From: Octopus vulgaris
Lineage: Eukaryota
DNA length: 64,000 nucleotides
Direction: 5' to 3'
Assembly: GCA_951406725.2 (NCBI GenBank)
Contig: OX597815.1
Coordinates: 165,168,001 to 165,232,000 of the forward strand
In this document: one piece after another, positions 1-12,766 of the stretch
Layout: each line of letters opens with the position of its first letter
Position numbering within the stretch: the first letter of the stretch is position 1
Notes under the pieces: model-generated
Seen by the model: only the letters and a program-made list of their open reading frames with translations
What the model was told of the DNA's origin: nothing
Databases searched by the model: none
Position numbers and translations under genes: made by a program

Positions 1-560
1 GGGAAAACTGAAGTTTGGCTGGATATTACCTGCACATCTCTCTATATGTTCACTCAAAGAAATCTGTCTGTACCATGGGAAACGGATCTGTTCCTTATGT
101 AGTGTGGTTCTCCATCTAAGTGTCATACTTATCAGTCCTATATAGCTATGTCCACAATCTGAACAAGTTATAACATAAATTGGTTTCTCTGAAGTACAAA
201 TAAAGTTGGTTTTAATTGTGAACCTCTCTCCTTGTTTGAATAGGAATTCTGAACCTTCCAGCAGGTTGGGGCCTTTTCCACAGTTTGGGCACCCATTGGT
301 TTCATGGTTGTTGTGTAAAGATTTGCATCTGTCAGAAGTCTTTTCAGTGATTTGTATTGCTTTTTGCATTTGATGAATTTATATTTTTAGAATGTTGTTC
401 ATTTTTGGATTTCTAGTGAGCTTAGGTAGATTTTGTACAATAGTGTTGTATGCCTCATTGTTTCTAGGGTTGTGAGTTGATGCATACGTTAGTATTTTGA
501 GATGTGGTGTGGTGTTACATTTGCTTCCCTTAATGTTTTAATGCCTAATTTAAAGAGTTG
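1..560 (-). pseudogene. Penelope-like retroelement fragment (linker + GIY-YIG endonuclease, Neptune-like), frameshifted, runs off window start
   Basis: Manual minus-strand translation: ...TYASTHNPRNN... then GCPNCGKGPNLLEGSEFLFKQGERFTIKTNFICTSEKPIYVITCSDCGHSYIGLISMTLRWRTTLHKEQIRFPWYRQISLSEHIERCAGNIQPNFSFP. IY-x2-CxxC-x3-YIG with downstream R, H and H residues is the PLE GIY-YIG pattern. Clade assignment is inference. Confidence 0.85.
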
Positions 561-694
561 TTGTATAAGACACTTGCCTAAGAAGCTGTGCAGTGGGACT
601 GAACCTGAAATCAGTGAGTGAAAAGCAATCTTCTTAGACCCAGAGCCATGACTGTACACGTAATTCTCTTCATTTGTATTAACAGTTAGGTAAT

Positions 695-735
695 GCTTTC
701 CTGATGAAGTAATTGGACTGAAACATGTCTGAAGT
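695..735 (+). ncRNA. Minimal type I hammerhead ribozyme-like motif
   Basis: gctttc CTGATGA agt-aattgg-act GAAAC AT GTC tgaagt: intact core, 3-bp stem II, palindromic ACATGT in place of stem III, imperfect stem I. Confidence 0.65.
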
Positions 736-1066
736 TGTTCCCATACAACAAAAGATCAAACTGATTCTCCACTGCATTTCATATTTAATTAATGTTAATC
801 AAATAAAATCTTCATATTGCCTTCATTGTCTTTTTATAACAGAATTACTAATTTAGTTAATGATTATTCTCATCTGAGAAGATATAATTTTAATTGATTT
901 AAATTTCTTAGTTTACAATATCGATTATGGTAGTGGCTATTTTATTATTAATGCAAACATTGATCAATTATAACACCAATCATGTTTTCTCTAGTAGTAA
1001 GTTCAAGAGAGCTCAAACAATGTTGCTAGAAATAACAACCAAATCTCCTTTAAACTGTATTCTTTT

Positions 1067-1447
1067 TTTATTCTTTTACTTGTTTCAGTCATTTGACTGT
1101 GGCCATGCTGGAGCACTGCCTTTAGTCGAGCAAATTGACCCCAGGACTTATTCTTTGTAAGCCCAGTACTTATTCTATCGGTCTATTTTGCCGAACCGCT
1201 AAGTTACAGGGATGTAAACACACCAGCGTCAGTTGTCAAGCGATGTTGGGGGGACAAACACAGACACACAAACATATATATATATATATACATATATACG
1301 ACAAGCTTCTTTCAGTTTCCGTCTACCAAATCCACTCACAAGGCTTTGGTCGGCCTGAAGCTATAGTAGAAGACACTTGCCCAAGGTGCCACGCAGTGGG
1401 ACTGAACCCAGAACCATGTGGCTAGTAAGCCACACAGCCACTCCTAC
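1067..1447 (-). mobile_element. tRNA-derived SINE family A (near full length)
   Basis: Co-linear with 46626-47038; head gagtggctgtgtgg...gggttcagtcccactgcgtggcacc, internal (TA)n, tail ...gactgaaacaagtaaaaga. Confidence 0.85.
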
Positions 1448-2782
1448 ACCACTGTAACTGCTATTTTATAAAAAAGAAAGGGCACATTGGATAATTTAGT
1501 TCCAGATATACTTCTGAAAAGTCAAAATGGTCACTGTTGATTTGTGGCACAATAACTGAACCAGTGACATTTAAGGGTCATAGACATGAAGAGATGATGT
1601 AATGCCAATAAATGTGTGCCAAACTTGGAAAGATTTATCTTTCATTTCACTTGAATGCTAAAGTTTAATTAGGGTGTGTTGTCTAATGATTTGGGTATAA
1701 CCTGGTTGGGAGATTGTAGTTTTGATTCCTCAACTGAGCAATGCATTATGTTCTTGAGCAAAGCACTTCATCTCACATTATTCTGTCATCATTTTGATTC
1801 CTTAAATGTGGAACACTGTGCACCTGTACAAGAATGTCAATTTGATAGAGGGATTGTGCTCATGTAAAACACAAACATTTGATCATTATAAGCAAATCAG
1901 CTGTGTAGTTGTTCAGCAAGAAATTGCAAAACCCTCATCTATTGTCTACAACAGAAAAGTAAACAGTGTGTGTGTGTGTGCATGATGGTGTGTGCTTTGT
2001 GGTTAGGGTGTTGCAGTCATGACTGGGAGATCATGGGTTCACCTCCGAGACTGGGTGTTGTGTTATGGTCTTGAGTAAAACCCTTCATCTCATGTTGCTC
2101 TGTGATCACATCAACATCTGATGTGTGATACACTGTGCACCTGTACAGATAATGTCAATTCGATGGAGAGATTGAGAAAATGGACAGCATTAACAAATCA
2201 GCTGTGCAGGTTCTGTAAGAAATTACAGAGTTCATATCCGTCTTCTATGGCTGAAGAATCCTGCAAGGCAAAAGTTTACTTTATCGAATCACATCAAAAT
2301 TGTTTCTTTCAAATCGACTGGAGATGAGAAATTAGTAGCACCATATACTTAGCAGTTCATTATTATTTTGAAGGTGGGGCACTGATTCACATCCTACCTC
2401 CAGGCAATGGAAAATCTTTTGATAAAGTCTTACAAAAGCAAAATTCAGATATACATGAGTTGTAATTATCAAAACGTGCTGAATGAATGACTTATAAATA
2501 TTTCCAACTGACATCACCATCATTATCGTGATATTTTTAACAGCTATTTTCTCATGCTTGTGTGAGTCAGCCAAAATATGTTGAGGCAGATTTTCTATTG
2601 CTGGATGCTCTACCTGTTGTCCACACTTGCCAGTTTCTGAAAAAGGTAATATTTCTCTATCCCTTAAGACAATGAATTGCTCAATGTTCAACATGTTTTT
2701 GCTGCAGTTTGTAAACTTTGACTTTGTTTAGAACCAGCAGGTAAATATTAAAACCAAAACACAGGCGCACACACACACACAC

Positions 2783-2852
<70 letters not shown>

Positions 2853-3199
2853 TCATGTATACATACATACATATATATATAGGAATATAGAAATACATAC
2901 ATGATTGCACACTCACACACACACATGCCACACTGCACCACACACACTCAGTATAATTTATATGCATGTATGTATTGTTACACTCGGGGATGGTCATCTT
3001 CAGTTGATGCACTATTATATGATCTTCATTTTAGCTTTATTTTTATTATTTTTAGTTTATTTTTCTCTCAAAATTCTTTCATCACACCTAAATAATAAAC
3101 ATTATAGTTCTCATTATATATAGTAATACTTAATCCATATCTTTAAAAAAAACTATATAGTTACTTCTTATATAATTCTAGTGTTCTATTGGTGCAATT

Positions 3200-4311
3200 C
3201 TTAGTTATTAATAAAAGGTCATCCCTATATAAACCACCCTCCAACTTTAATTTTCCTAATTGAAGTTCTGATAATAAGTAAATACCTACTAAAAGAAGAA
3301 ACTATATCATAATGAAGCTTTGTGGGAGGCGGGATATAATAATAATATTAAATTCTTTAATAATTCTAAATTATAACATAAAAGATTATAATATAAGTGA
3401 TTCCTATATTTTTTATAATAATAACCCTAACATTAAGAATTATGATAAGTTTTATTTAGGTAATTATGGTATTAATAATATGTATTATGATAATACAAAA
3501 CATAAATATAATAATAGACTAAAAAATAAGATTAAATTTAATTCATTTAATGATAAAAATAAATTTAATAATATAAAAAATAAATATAATAATATTAATA
3601 ATAAGAACAAAATTCGGTCAATAATTCCTTATGGAGCTCAAGTTATTAAAGAGATTTTAAATATAATTGAAGTATTCATTAGAGATAATAAAAAATATAA
3701 TATTTTTTTCTAGTTATAATTTTGGAGTTGGTTATTCTACTACTAATAATGTCGGTAACAATATTTCTTCTTTTAATAAATTTAAGCTGAATAAATTGTA
3801 CAAAAGAAATCAAATAATTATTCCAATAATAATAATAATAATAAAGACCAGAATATAATTAATTGTACATGAAGTGATAAAACTAAATGTAAATCTAATA
3901 ATAAATTTTAATTTCGATGATGTAGTATATAAATGTGTTGTGTCTTTTATTGATGGTAATAATAGAAATGGTTATAATTTAAATGCGATTTAAATAGGGT
4001 CGACTTCTAATAAAATTAAATTACGGGTGCCTCAACACACGAATTCTTTTAAGAATAGAAATTTAATTAATTATACTGGCCTTAGTAAATATATATGGGA
4101 ACTAAAATCTAAAAATATTAAGTACAATTTAAATTTGGAGATAGTTTGTAAGGCAAAATCATATTGAATAGGTAGTAATTTTTGTTTATTATGTACTAAT
4201 GAATTTAAGGAGATATTATTAACTAATAGTAAAATATTATTTAATTTCCTAGGCGAACGAAAAATTCAATGTAGACATAAGTTAAATTACTTATATTGTA
4301 AGTTTAGCTAA
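3200..4311 (+). pseudogene. Penelope-like retroelement 3' ORF remnant (RT thumb, Zn-finger linker, GIY-YIG; Naiad-like)
   Basis: Motifs across frames: NHPP (~3232), YHNEALWEAGY (~3306), GYSTTNNVGNNISSFNK, C-T-*-SDKTK-C, then VVYKC...I*IGSTSNKIKLRVPQHTNSF...LSKYIWELK...CLLCTNEFKEI...CRHK, stop at 4309-4311. Several stops and frameshifts. Confidence 0.85.
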
Positions 4312-4710
4312 TTTGTGTATATATATAAACCCTGTTTTATGTTACTAATTGTTGTAGTTATAATTTGTAGTAATAAAATGTGTGTAAATTAGCATGAGAT
4401 TATATGGTGTATATTACATAATTAGAATAAGATGAAACTTAGATGTTTATAAAATAAATAAATCAATTAATGAAAATAGATTAAATTTAGCTTAATTTAT
4501 GTTTATTATATTGTGTATTTTAGTTTTTAAATTATTTAGACTTTACAATTTTTCCATTAAAGGTATATTAAAGTTAATTTTTTTCTTATTCTCACTGTTA
4601 AAATACATTTGTAATTTTAATAGCTTAAATATATATTTCTATGTATTTATTCTATAAATTCTATTTATGCCATATTTTCACGCGATATATTTCTTATAAA
4701 TGCTAAGTTC

Positions 4711-4889
4711 TACGTATTAGGTTTAAATTTTTAGTTAACAGAAATCCTTTGATAAGATAAGTTATGTTTTTAATTTAAGAAATAATGTTAAATGTGTTTC
4801 GATTATTTATAGTTAATACACATATTTTTCTATATTTATTTGATAATTAGTATAAGGTAAGATAAGTACATTTATTCTATTATTATTTT

Positions 4890-4934
<45 letters not shown>

Positions 4935-5424
4935 TATTATTATTATTATTTTAGACCTGATGAGTGACAACAGTTTTAAATAGAATTAATTTTAGATCAA
5001 TTTACATATTACGTTTAAATTTTTTGTTAACAGAAGTCCTTCGATAAGATAAGTTATGTTTTTATTTTAAGAAATAATGTTAAATGTTTTTGGATTATTT
5101 ATAGTTAATACACGTATTTTTCTATATTTATTTGATAAGAACATTTATTCTATTATTATTTTTTTATCAATATTATTATTTTAGACCTGATAAGTGACTA
5201 TATTTTTTAATAGAATTAATTTTAGATTGATTTAATTTTAAATCGAATTGATTTTACTATTATTATCTATTTGAAAATATAGCCACAAGACATGCGTAGT
5301 CTTTTTACTACTATTTATTGTTTTTGTACTTTATTGATTTTTAAAATAAGGTTTTATAGTATATGTTTTCTATATGGTGTGAATGACATCTTTCATTTTT
5401 GAATTGTTTAATAGAGGTTTTTCT
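4711..5424 (+). repeat. Partially tandem-duplicated pLTR-like 3' region of the PLE
   Basis: Direct repeat units start at 4711 and 5003 (gtttaaatttt..gttaacagaa.tcct..gataagataagttatg...); each contains ttagacCTGAT(G/A)AGtgac; the region ends at a (TA)n tract. Confidence 0.75.
5183..5302 (+). ncRNA. Degenerate hammerhead with very long stem II
   Basis: agac CTGATAA [gtgactatattttttaataga ... tctatttgaaaatatagccac] AAGAC ATGC GTA gtct; stem I agac/gtct; the upstream copy (4957-4963) retains CTGATGA. Confidence 0.7.
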
Positions 5425-5495
5425 CTAAATTATATATATATATATATATATATGTATATAAATACGATGCATATATATAATTCCTATATGACATA

Positions 5496-5535
<40 letters not shown>

Positions 5536-5561
5536 ATATATGTATATATATATATATGATC

Positions 5562-5623
<62 letters not shown>

Positions 5624-5626
<3 letters not shown>

Positions 5627-5932
5627 TGGCAAACAGGGTCTAAAAATATTGGTTGCCAATAGACAAAGGCAGGTGACCTGCAACTGCAAGGGGGCACATC
5701 CGTAACTACAATGTTATTTAACTTTCTTTCCTTTTGTTAAAATAATTCTTTTCAATTCTGTACAAACGTAGCCAGGCTGAAATAATTAATGCATTCTTCT
5801 AGGAGTGAATTAAAAAATTCTCAAACTTGAGGGGATGGGTTTCTTTAGATTCTAACATGGGCCATATATGAATTCTAATGGTGCAGGGGCCCACTCACTA
5901 TTGAGCAAGCTGGAAACCTGGCCCGTCCACCA

Positions 5933-5935
<3 letters not shown>
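5624..5935. mobile_element. Non-autonomous DNA transposon (MITE) inserted in (TA)n
   Basis: Imperfect TIRs cagtggcaaacaggg / cccgtccaccactg; TA-repeat flanks. Confidence 0.55.
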
Positions 5936-5970
<35 letters not shown>

Positions 5971-6185
5971 ATATATATGATATATTACTAAATATATATA
6001 TATATATATAATATATATTTATATATATGTTATATAAATATATATATGATATATATATATATATAAATATATATTTATATATATGTTATATAAATATATA
6101 TATGATATATATATATATATAAATATATATTTATATATATGTTATATAAATATATATTTATATATATGTTATATAAATATATATA

Positions 6186-6234
<49 letters not shown>

Positions 6235-6249
6235 ATATAAATATATATA

Positions 6250-6302
<53 letters not shown>

Positions 6303-6305
<3 letters not shown>

Positions 6306-6515
6306 TCTGCTTTCTCCTATTGTTGTTTCTCTCGCTAGCCACTAAACCTTTTTCTGTTTTCTTTCCCTGTTTATTTCTATGTTCCTTCCTGTTGAAGAGA
6401 ATATGCTCGAAACGTAAAAGACGCTCTCACTTCCCGAGCATTAAACTAATACTTCTGTTTATCTGTTTGCTATTTACACACCCCTCTCCATCTTTTGTTT
6501 TTTTTGTAAATTCTC
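6303..6515 (+). mobile_element. Short pLTR-like module (family H1) with HHR-like motif, flanked by (TA)n
   Basis: 6385-6420 cttc CTGTTGA A gaga-atat-gctc GAAAC GTA aaag; homologous to 9063-9295, 43745-43900 and 54076-54157. Confidence 0.65.
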
Positions 6516-6545
6516 ATATATATATACATATACATATACACATAT

Positions 6546-6649
<104 letters not shown>

Positions 6650-6651
6650 AT

Positions 6652-6758
6652 GTGGAGGTGCAATGGCCCAGTGGTTAGGGCAGTGGACTCACGATTGTAG
6701 GATCACGGTTTCGATTCCCAGACCGGGCATTGTGAGTGTTTATTGAGCAAAAACAGCT
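6652..6758 (+). mobile_element. tRNA-derived SINE head (truncated)
   Basis: A box tggcccagtgg, B box gtttcgattcc, then tgtgagtgtttattgagcaaaa. Confidence 0.7.
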
Positions 6759-6932
6759 ATATCATATATATATACATACATATATATATATATACATATA
6801 TACACACACACACATACACCCACATATATATATGATATATATTCATATATATTTATATTTATGTATATCTATATATATATATATATATATAAAGGTATAT
6901 ATATATATATATATATATAAAGGTATATAAAG

Positions 6933-6991
<59 letters not shown>

Positions 6992-7755
6992 CCTTTATAC
7001 CTCATCTCAGGTTTTTTTAGCATTTCCTCTCTATCAATTCTTTTCTGAACACTCTGTTTAACCTGAGGTCATAGGAAATGCTGGCTCATTGTGCCATGCA
7101 GTGGAAATGAAACCTAAATCACATGGCTCTGAAGTGAAACTATTAATCACATGTCCATGTCCACAAGTGACATTGATTAATATTTATAAAACTATTTAAT
7201 GTATTTAATCTTTGCTGTCTTTAAATTTTAGCTGTTTGGAATCTGATGATTTATGATTCATGGATATAATATTATAAAATTTTTTTTTGTTTAAAATATT
7301 ACGTTTGATAATTTCTTTTTTTATCTTCTAAGCTTGATTAAATTATCTCTGTAACTAGCTGACATGAAAGGATTTATGCTGATATCATAAACACAACACC
7401 TTACAGAGATAAAATAATTACAAATACATTTATACTAAATTTCATAGTTTTGTTAGATTGCAGTGTTGGGTTGAAATCCTTTGATGAGTAACAGGAGAGC
7501 AGATCAAATCAACATTTCAAACACTAGAATTGAATACTGTCACTTTCCTAGAAAACATGAAGGACACTTGAGGGACATATGCCACCCCCACATTCCTCCT
7601 ATTCAGTTGATCAATGTCCACTCAAGTTAAAGTTGTAATATACATCTTTATATAATACTGTTTTATCATATTTCTGTTGAAAACAATGAAGAATTTTGAA
7701 AATTATGAAGAATTTAGTAAAATAACTCATTATTAAACTGGTATTTTAAAATATA

Positions 7756-7972
7756 TGAAGGGGTGCAGAAAAGTTCCTGGCTTTGGGTAACAGAAAATAC
7801 AGGAGGGCCAGTTAATTATGATTTTATTCAACATATTCCCCTCTCAGATTCAAACCCTTATTGCAGTGGTCTCTCAGTTTTTCTAAGTCCTGTAAAAGAA
7901 CTCAGAAGGTTAGGCTTCCTACTAGGCCTTTCATGATACCCTTGAAGCCAAGAACTTTTCAGCACCCTCTCA
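7756..7972. mobile_element. Mariner-derived MITE
   Basis: TIRs ggggtgcagaaaagttcctggcttt / aagccaagaacttttcagcaccc; the minus strand contains a mariner-like transposase C-terminus (..NLRGEYVE*). Confidence 0.75.
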
Positions 7973-9062
7973 TGGCCTGGGGGTTAGAATGTTGCAATCA
8001 TGAATATGAAATAGTGGTTTCAATTTCCCAATTGGATGTTATGTTGTGTCTTTGAGCAAAACACTTAGTTTCATGTTGCTCTCCAATCCCTTTGTTAGAG
8101 GACAAGTAAAATTGATCCTTTCACACTGACTAGTTTCACACATCTGAATCTCTTTTTTTACCTTTTCCCTCTAATAATTATATCCTTGTATAATTGAATA
8201 CACTTGTGGTGCACCAGCACGGCTGCAGTCTAATGATTTAAACAAGTAAAAGATAAAAGAAATCCTTATTTAAGAGTCCGTTTTAATTTTGGCACTAGGC
8301 CAACAATTTCAAAAAGAGTTCTCAACTGGTATGTTATTTGACTGACCCTGAAACGAAGAAAGGCAAAATCGACCTGAGTGGCTTTTGAACTTGGAACATG
8401 AAGAGCTACAAGAGATACTGCTAAGCATTTTGTCTGGGATTGCATCTATACTCATACATACTTATGATTCATCATAACTGTCTGACAAATGGGAATGTAA
8501 AACTCTGAGTAACAGTTCTGTGAATATTTTGCAGCTATGATAATAAAATATGTGGAGGCACATAGCCTAGTGATTAGAGCAGCGGACTCACAGCAGAAGG
8601 TAATGGTGAACTGTGGCCATGCTGGAGCACCACCTTTAGTTGAACAAATCAACCCTGGGACTTGTTCTTTGTAAGCCTAGTACTTATTCTATCGGTCTCT
8701 TTTGCTGAACTGCTAAGTTATGGGTACATAAACACACCGGCATCAGTTGTTAAGCAATGGTGGGAAGACAAACACAGATACACAAACATATACATGCACA
8801 CACACACACACACACGCACACACACACACACACAAACACACACATATATATATATATACCTATATATACATATATATACACATACATATATATACATATA
8901 TACATACATACATATATATATACATATATACATACATACATATATATATATACATATTTACATAAATACATATATATAGACATATATACATACATACATA
9001 TATATACATATATACATACATATATATATATACATATATACATACATATATATACATATATA

Positions 9063-9295
9063 ACGGGAAGCTTTATGAAAATAGACAAAAGACGAAGGCA
9101 GGTTTACGGAAATAAACAAAAGACGAAGGCAGGTGGAATACAAACAAACAATTGTATTAGTATGGCGCTCAGGAAATATAAATAAAACAAGTCTTTAACG
9201 TTTCGAGCCTACGCTCTTCAACAGAAAGATACACAGAGAAGAAACACAGAAAGAAGGAGAGAAAAAAAATGCGTGCAGAGGCTAGCGAATCAATA
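9063..9295 (-). mobile_element. Family H1 pLTR-like module with HHR-like motif
   Basis: Minus strand 9229-9192: tcttt CTGTTGA A GAGC-gtag-GCTC GAAAC GTT aaaga (5-bp stem I, 4-bp stem II, palindromic AACGTT); embedded in TA-rich microsatellite. Confidence 0.7.
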
Positions 9296-9354
9296 CATAT
9301 ATATATACATATATACATACATATATATATACATATATACATACATACATATAT

Positions 9355-9600
9355 CATCATCATCATCATCATCATCGTTTAACGTCCGTTTTCCGCGCTA
9401 GCACGGGTTGGACGGTTTCGACCGGGGTCTGGGGAGCTCGGGACTGCCCCAGGCTCCAGTCTAGTCTGGCAGTGTTTCTACAGCTGGATGCCCTTCCTAA
9501 CGCCAACCACTCCGCGAGTGTAGTGGGTGTTTTTTACGTGCCACCTGCACAGGTGCCAGAGGGGTCTGGCATCGGCCACGTTCGGATGGTGCTTTTTATG
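9355..9600 (-). mobile_element. Retroposon 3' end with (GAT)n tail
   Basis: Homologous to 16845-17022 (+) and 26070-26110; ggttggcgttaggaagggcatccagc...gacgttaaacgatgatgatg. Confidence 0.7.
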
Positions 9601-10072
9601 TGGGGGGGGGGTATAGAAATATATAGGGGAGCATCAGTGGGGAGGGGTGGTTCAGAGAAATGATGACAGGTTCTAGGCAAGTAGAACGTAGGATATCAAG
9701 AGAGGGGTAATGCATGGTGAAATAGCGTGCTGAAGAGGGGGGTTCGAAGAGTAGACACCTATAATGGTGGTGGGAGAAGCGACATCCGGTATAGATGGAA
9801 CAAAAATATAGAGATATCTGGTATTGGTGGTGGGGGTGGGCAAGGGCGGGTGCACCGGGAATATGCGAAGGTTGAACTTTAGAGAAATATATATATATTT
9901 ATATATATAAATAATATATAAATATATGCATATATATACATACATATATGTACATACCTACATATATATGTATATATACACATGCATATATGGGTAGAGG
10001 TCATATAAAAAAAGTTAAACACAATGAGAAATGAAAACATAAAAACAAAAACATAAAAACAAACTTCTTTTT

Positions 10073-10392
10073 TAAGCAACAAGGATATTCAGAGGTAATG
10101 CAGTACGATCGTTTCATGTGACTTCATTTAATTGAACAATGCAATCATTACATCAATTTAAAATGCAGAGCAATCTTCATAAATTGATGTAATGATTGCA
10201 TTGTTCAATTAAATGGAGTTGCATGAAACGATCGTACAGCATTACCTCTGGATATCCTTGTTGCTTATTTTGATTTTAATCATCTTACTTTGAAATTGTA
10301 TGGATAATACCGTACTAAATTCTGGTGCCTCAACTTAGGTACCATATTCATCTGAATCTAAATTTTTGCTGAACTCATCTACCATACCCAAA

Positions 10393-10394
<2 letters not shown>
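10073..10394 (+). mobile_element. Fold-back pLTR-like module with minimal HHR half (GAAAC-GATC-GTA)
   Basis: Inverted arms 10073-10160 / 10180-10267 (about 5 mismatches); GAAACGATCGTA at 10225-10236; a single-copy tail runs to (TA)n. Confidence 0.7.
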
Positions 10395-10430
<36 letters not shown>

Positions 10431-12041
10431 GGCTTCCAAGCAGTTTCCATCTACCAAATTCACTCATAGAGCATTGGTTGGCCTGGAACTATATTAGGAG
10501 ATTCTTGCCCAAAGTGCTATGCGGTGGGACTGAATCCAAAACCACATAATTGCAAAGCAGAAAAAAAAATGTTAAAAGGAATAGTAGCTAAAAATACACC
10601 ATCCAATCATATCCTACATGTTAAAAAAAAAATGAAAGCTGGATGATACATTGAATAAAAAAAAATCCAAAGACAAACAATGAAAACAAAAGGAAAGACT
10701 GGATGATCATGGCTGGAATGCCTTTGATGATTGATGACCTGGAGGCTAAACAACAGAAGCAACAATAACTATTACCATTCTCAATACCCCCCCCCCCCCC
10801 GCTTACTACCGTATCAATAATAGTCAATGACACAACATTCCTTCCAGCTAACAAATAACTCTACGTCTATCCATCTCTCCATCTATCTTGTCTGTTTAAA
10901 CATTTGTTTATCCTTGCGGCTGTAATTTTGTCGGGGAGATGGTGAATATTGAGCAACATTTTAAACAGAGCAAAAAGTCTTTCTCATTATTTTATATTGC
11001 TTTCTTAATCACTCCTCTTGTTCTAGTTCTTCCTCCTCTTCTCTATTTTTTCTCTTCTTCATCTGATTTCACTCTTTTTTTTTTATCTATCTAGCAATCT
11101 AATTATTGTTTATTTTTGTTATATATAACTTCTTTTTAAATTCTTATTTCCTTTTAGCATACGAATGTATGTTCATGTTCATCTATGTACACAGACATGC
11201 TCTCTTTAATTCTTTCATTTGCTTCTTACTTTCTTTCTTTCTTTTCTTTCTTTAATTCATTTATTTGCTTTCTTCTTTCTTTCTCTTCCTTCTTTCACTT
11301 ATTCATTTTTCATTCATTCACTTCTTTCTTTTGCTTCTTTCTTTCATTCATTTCTTTCTTTCTTTCATTAGCTTCTTTCTTTCACTCATTTGTGTCTTTC
11401 ATTCACTTCTTTCTCTCTTTCTCAGTTTCACTCTCTCCCACTTTCATATCCTTCCTCTCATTGTTGGAGTGCAGGGTTCTTCTCTCTCCAGACCCAATTT
11501 TAAGTGGGTTCTGAGAAAACAAGGCAAAAAAAATCTATACTTGGTGCACCATTCTTCAAGAAACCATGAACCGTGAAAACTGGGATAGTGGTAAGAGGAG
11601 GGTGCAGTGAAGGAGAGAGGTGGAGGAGGAGGAGGAGGAGAAATGATGAGAGTCCTAAGAGAGAATGTTTCATTCTCCAATTGGCTTGGTTTGTGTGATG
11701 TAACTGGAGGGAGAAATAAAGAAAGAGACATTGAGAGAGAGAGAGAGAGAGAGAGTGTGAGAGAGAAATATTGACAGAGAGAGGAGTGGGGTGGAGAGTA
11801 AGAAGGGAATAAAAAGGGGATGAATGAGATAAATTGATGTGTATGTGTGTGTGTGTGTGTAAGGGAGACATGAGATTAAAGTACAAGAGATAGAAATGAA
11901 GATAGAGTGAAAATGAAAAAGAGAGAGGGGGAGAGAGAAAGAGAGAGGGGATATAGATAGATTGATAGGCAAGAAGAAAAGATACAGAGAAATGCAGAGT
12001 GTAAGATGGAGAAAAAAATGTGATAAGGTGAAGAGATAACC

Positions 12042-12098
<57 letters not shown>

Positions 12099-12766
12099 CG
12101 AGTGAGTCTATATAAAGAAGAGAAATAGAGATGGAGAAAGTTATAGATAGAAGCAGAGTGATTCTTGTTTGATAAACCAAGTAGCAGGGGATGTGGGGCA
12201 ATCTGGTTGTCTTCTTCACACATTATCAGATCACTAATAAACAGAGATCACAGGTATTCAGTGTAAAAAAAAAAAAAAAAAAAAGATGATGAGAAATGAT
12301 AAACCACCACTCCCTTAGGGGGGAAGTGAGGAGATGAAAACTAATAATAATATACAAATTAATTATTAGAGCCTAAATAGAAACAAGGAATGTTGAGGTA
12401 TGGCACACTTGTGCTTGTGTTAAAGAGTGCTTTCTTTAATTAGCTTTAGGAAGAGAGAGTTGTGTCATAATTGATTTGTTCATACAATGGCCATGCTGTT
12501 AAAACGCTTACTTTGCAACTAATGTGTTCTGGGTTCAGTCCTGCTGTGTGGCACCTTGGGCAAGAGTCTTCTACAATTGCCCCGGACTGACCAATACACC
12601 TTGCTTCCCAGCTACATAGTTTTAGGTTCAGTCTCACTGCATGGCACCCTGGGATAGAATCTCAAGCTGACAAAAGCCTTGTGAGTGGAACTGATTGCTG
12701 GAAACTGAAAGAAGTCCATTTTATATATGTATATGTACATATTTCTATATATCTATATTTATCTCT

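Noticed and set aside
2332-2694. 120-aa ORF
   Set aside because: Overlaps repeat-like sequence; no recognisable domain or splice support.
2980-3010. Minus-strand CTGAAGA-tgacc near the PLE boundary
   Set aside because: No GAAA half present.
3020-5420. Possible NUMT (extremely AT-rich, mitochondrial-looking DNA)
   Set aside because: Translation gives PLE motifs (NHPP, GIY-YIG, CxLC, CRH); no mitochondrial gene or tRNA is recognisable.
9727-9760. CTGAAGA...GAAG HHR candidate
   Set aside because: No stem I pairing and a non-canonical 3' core.
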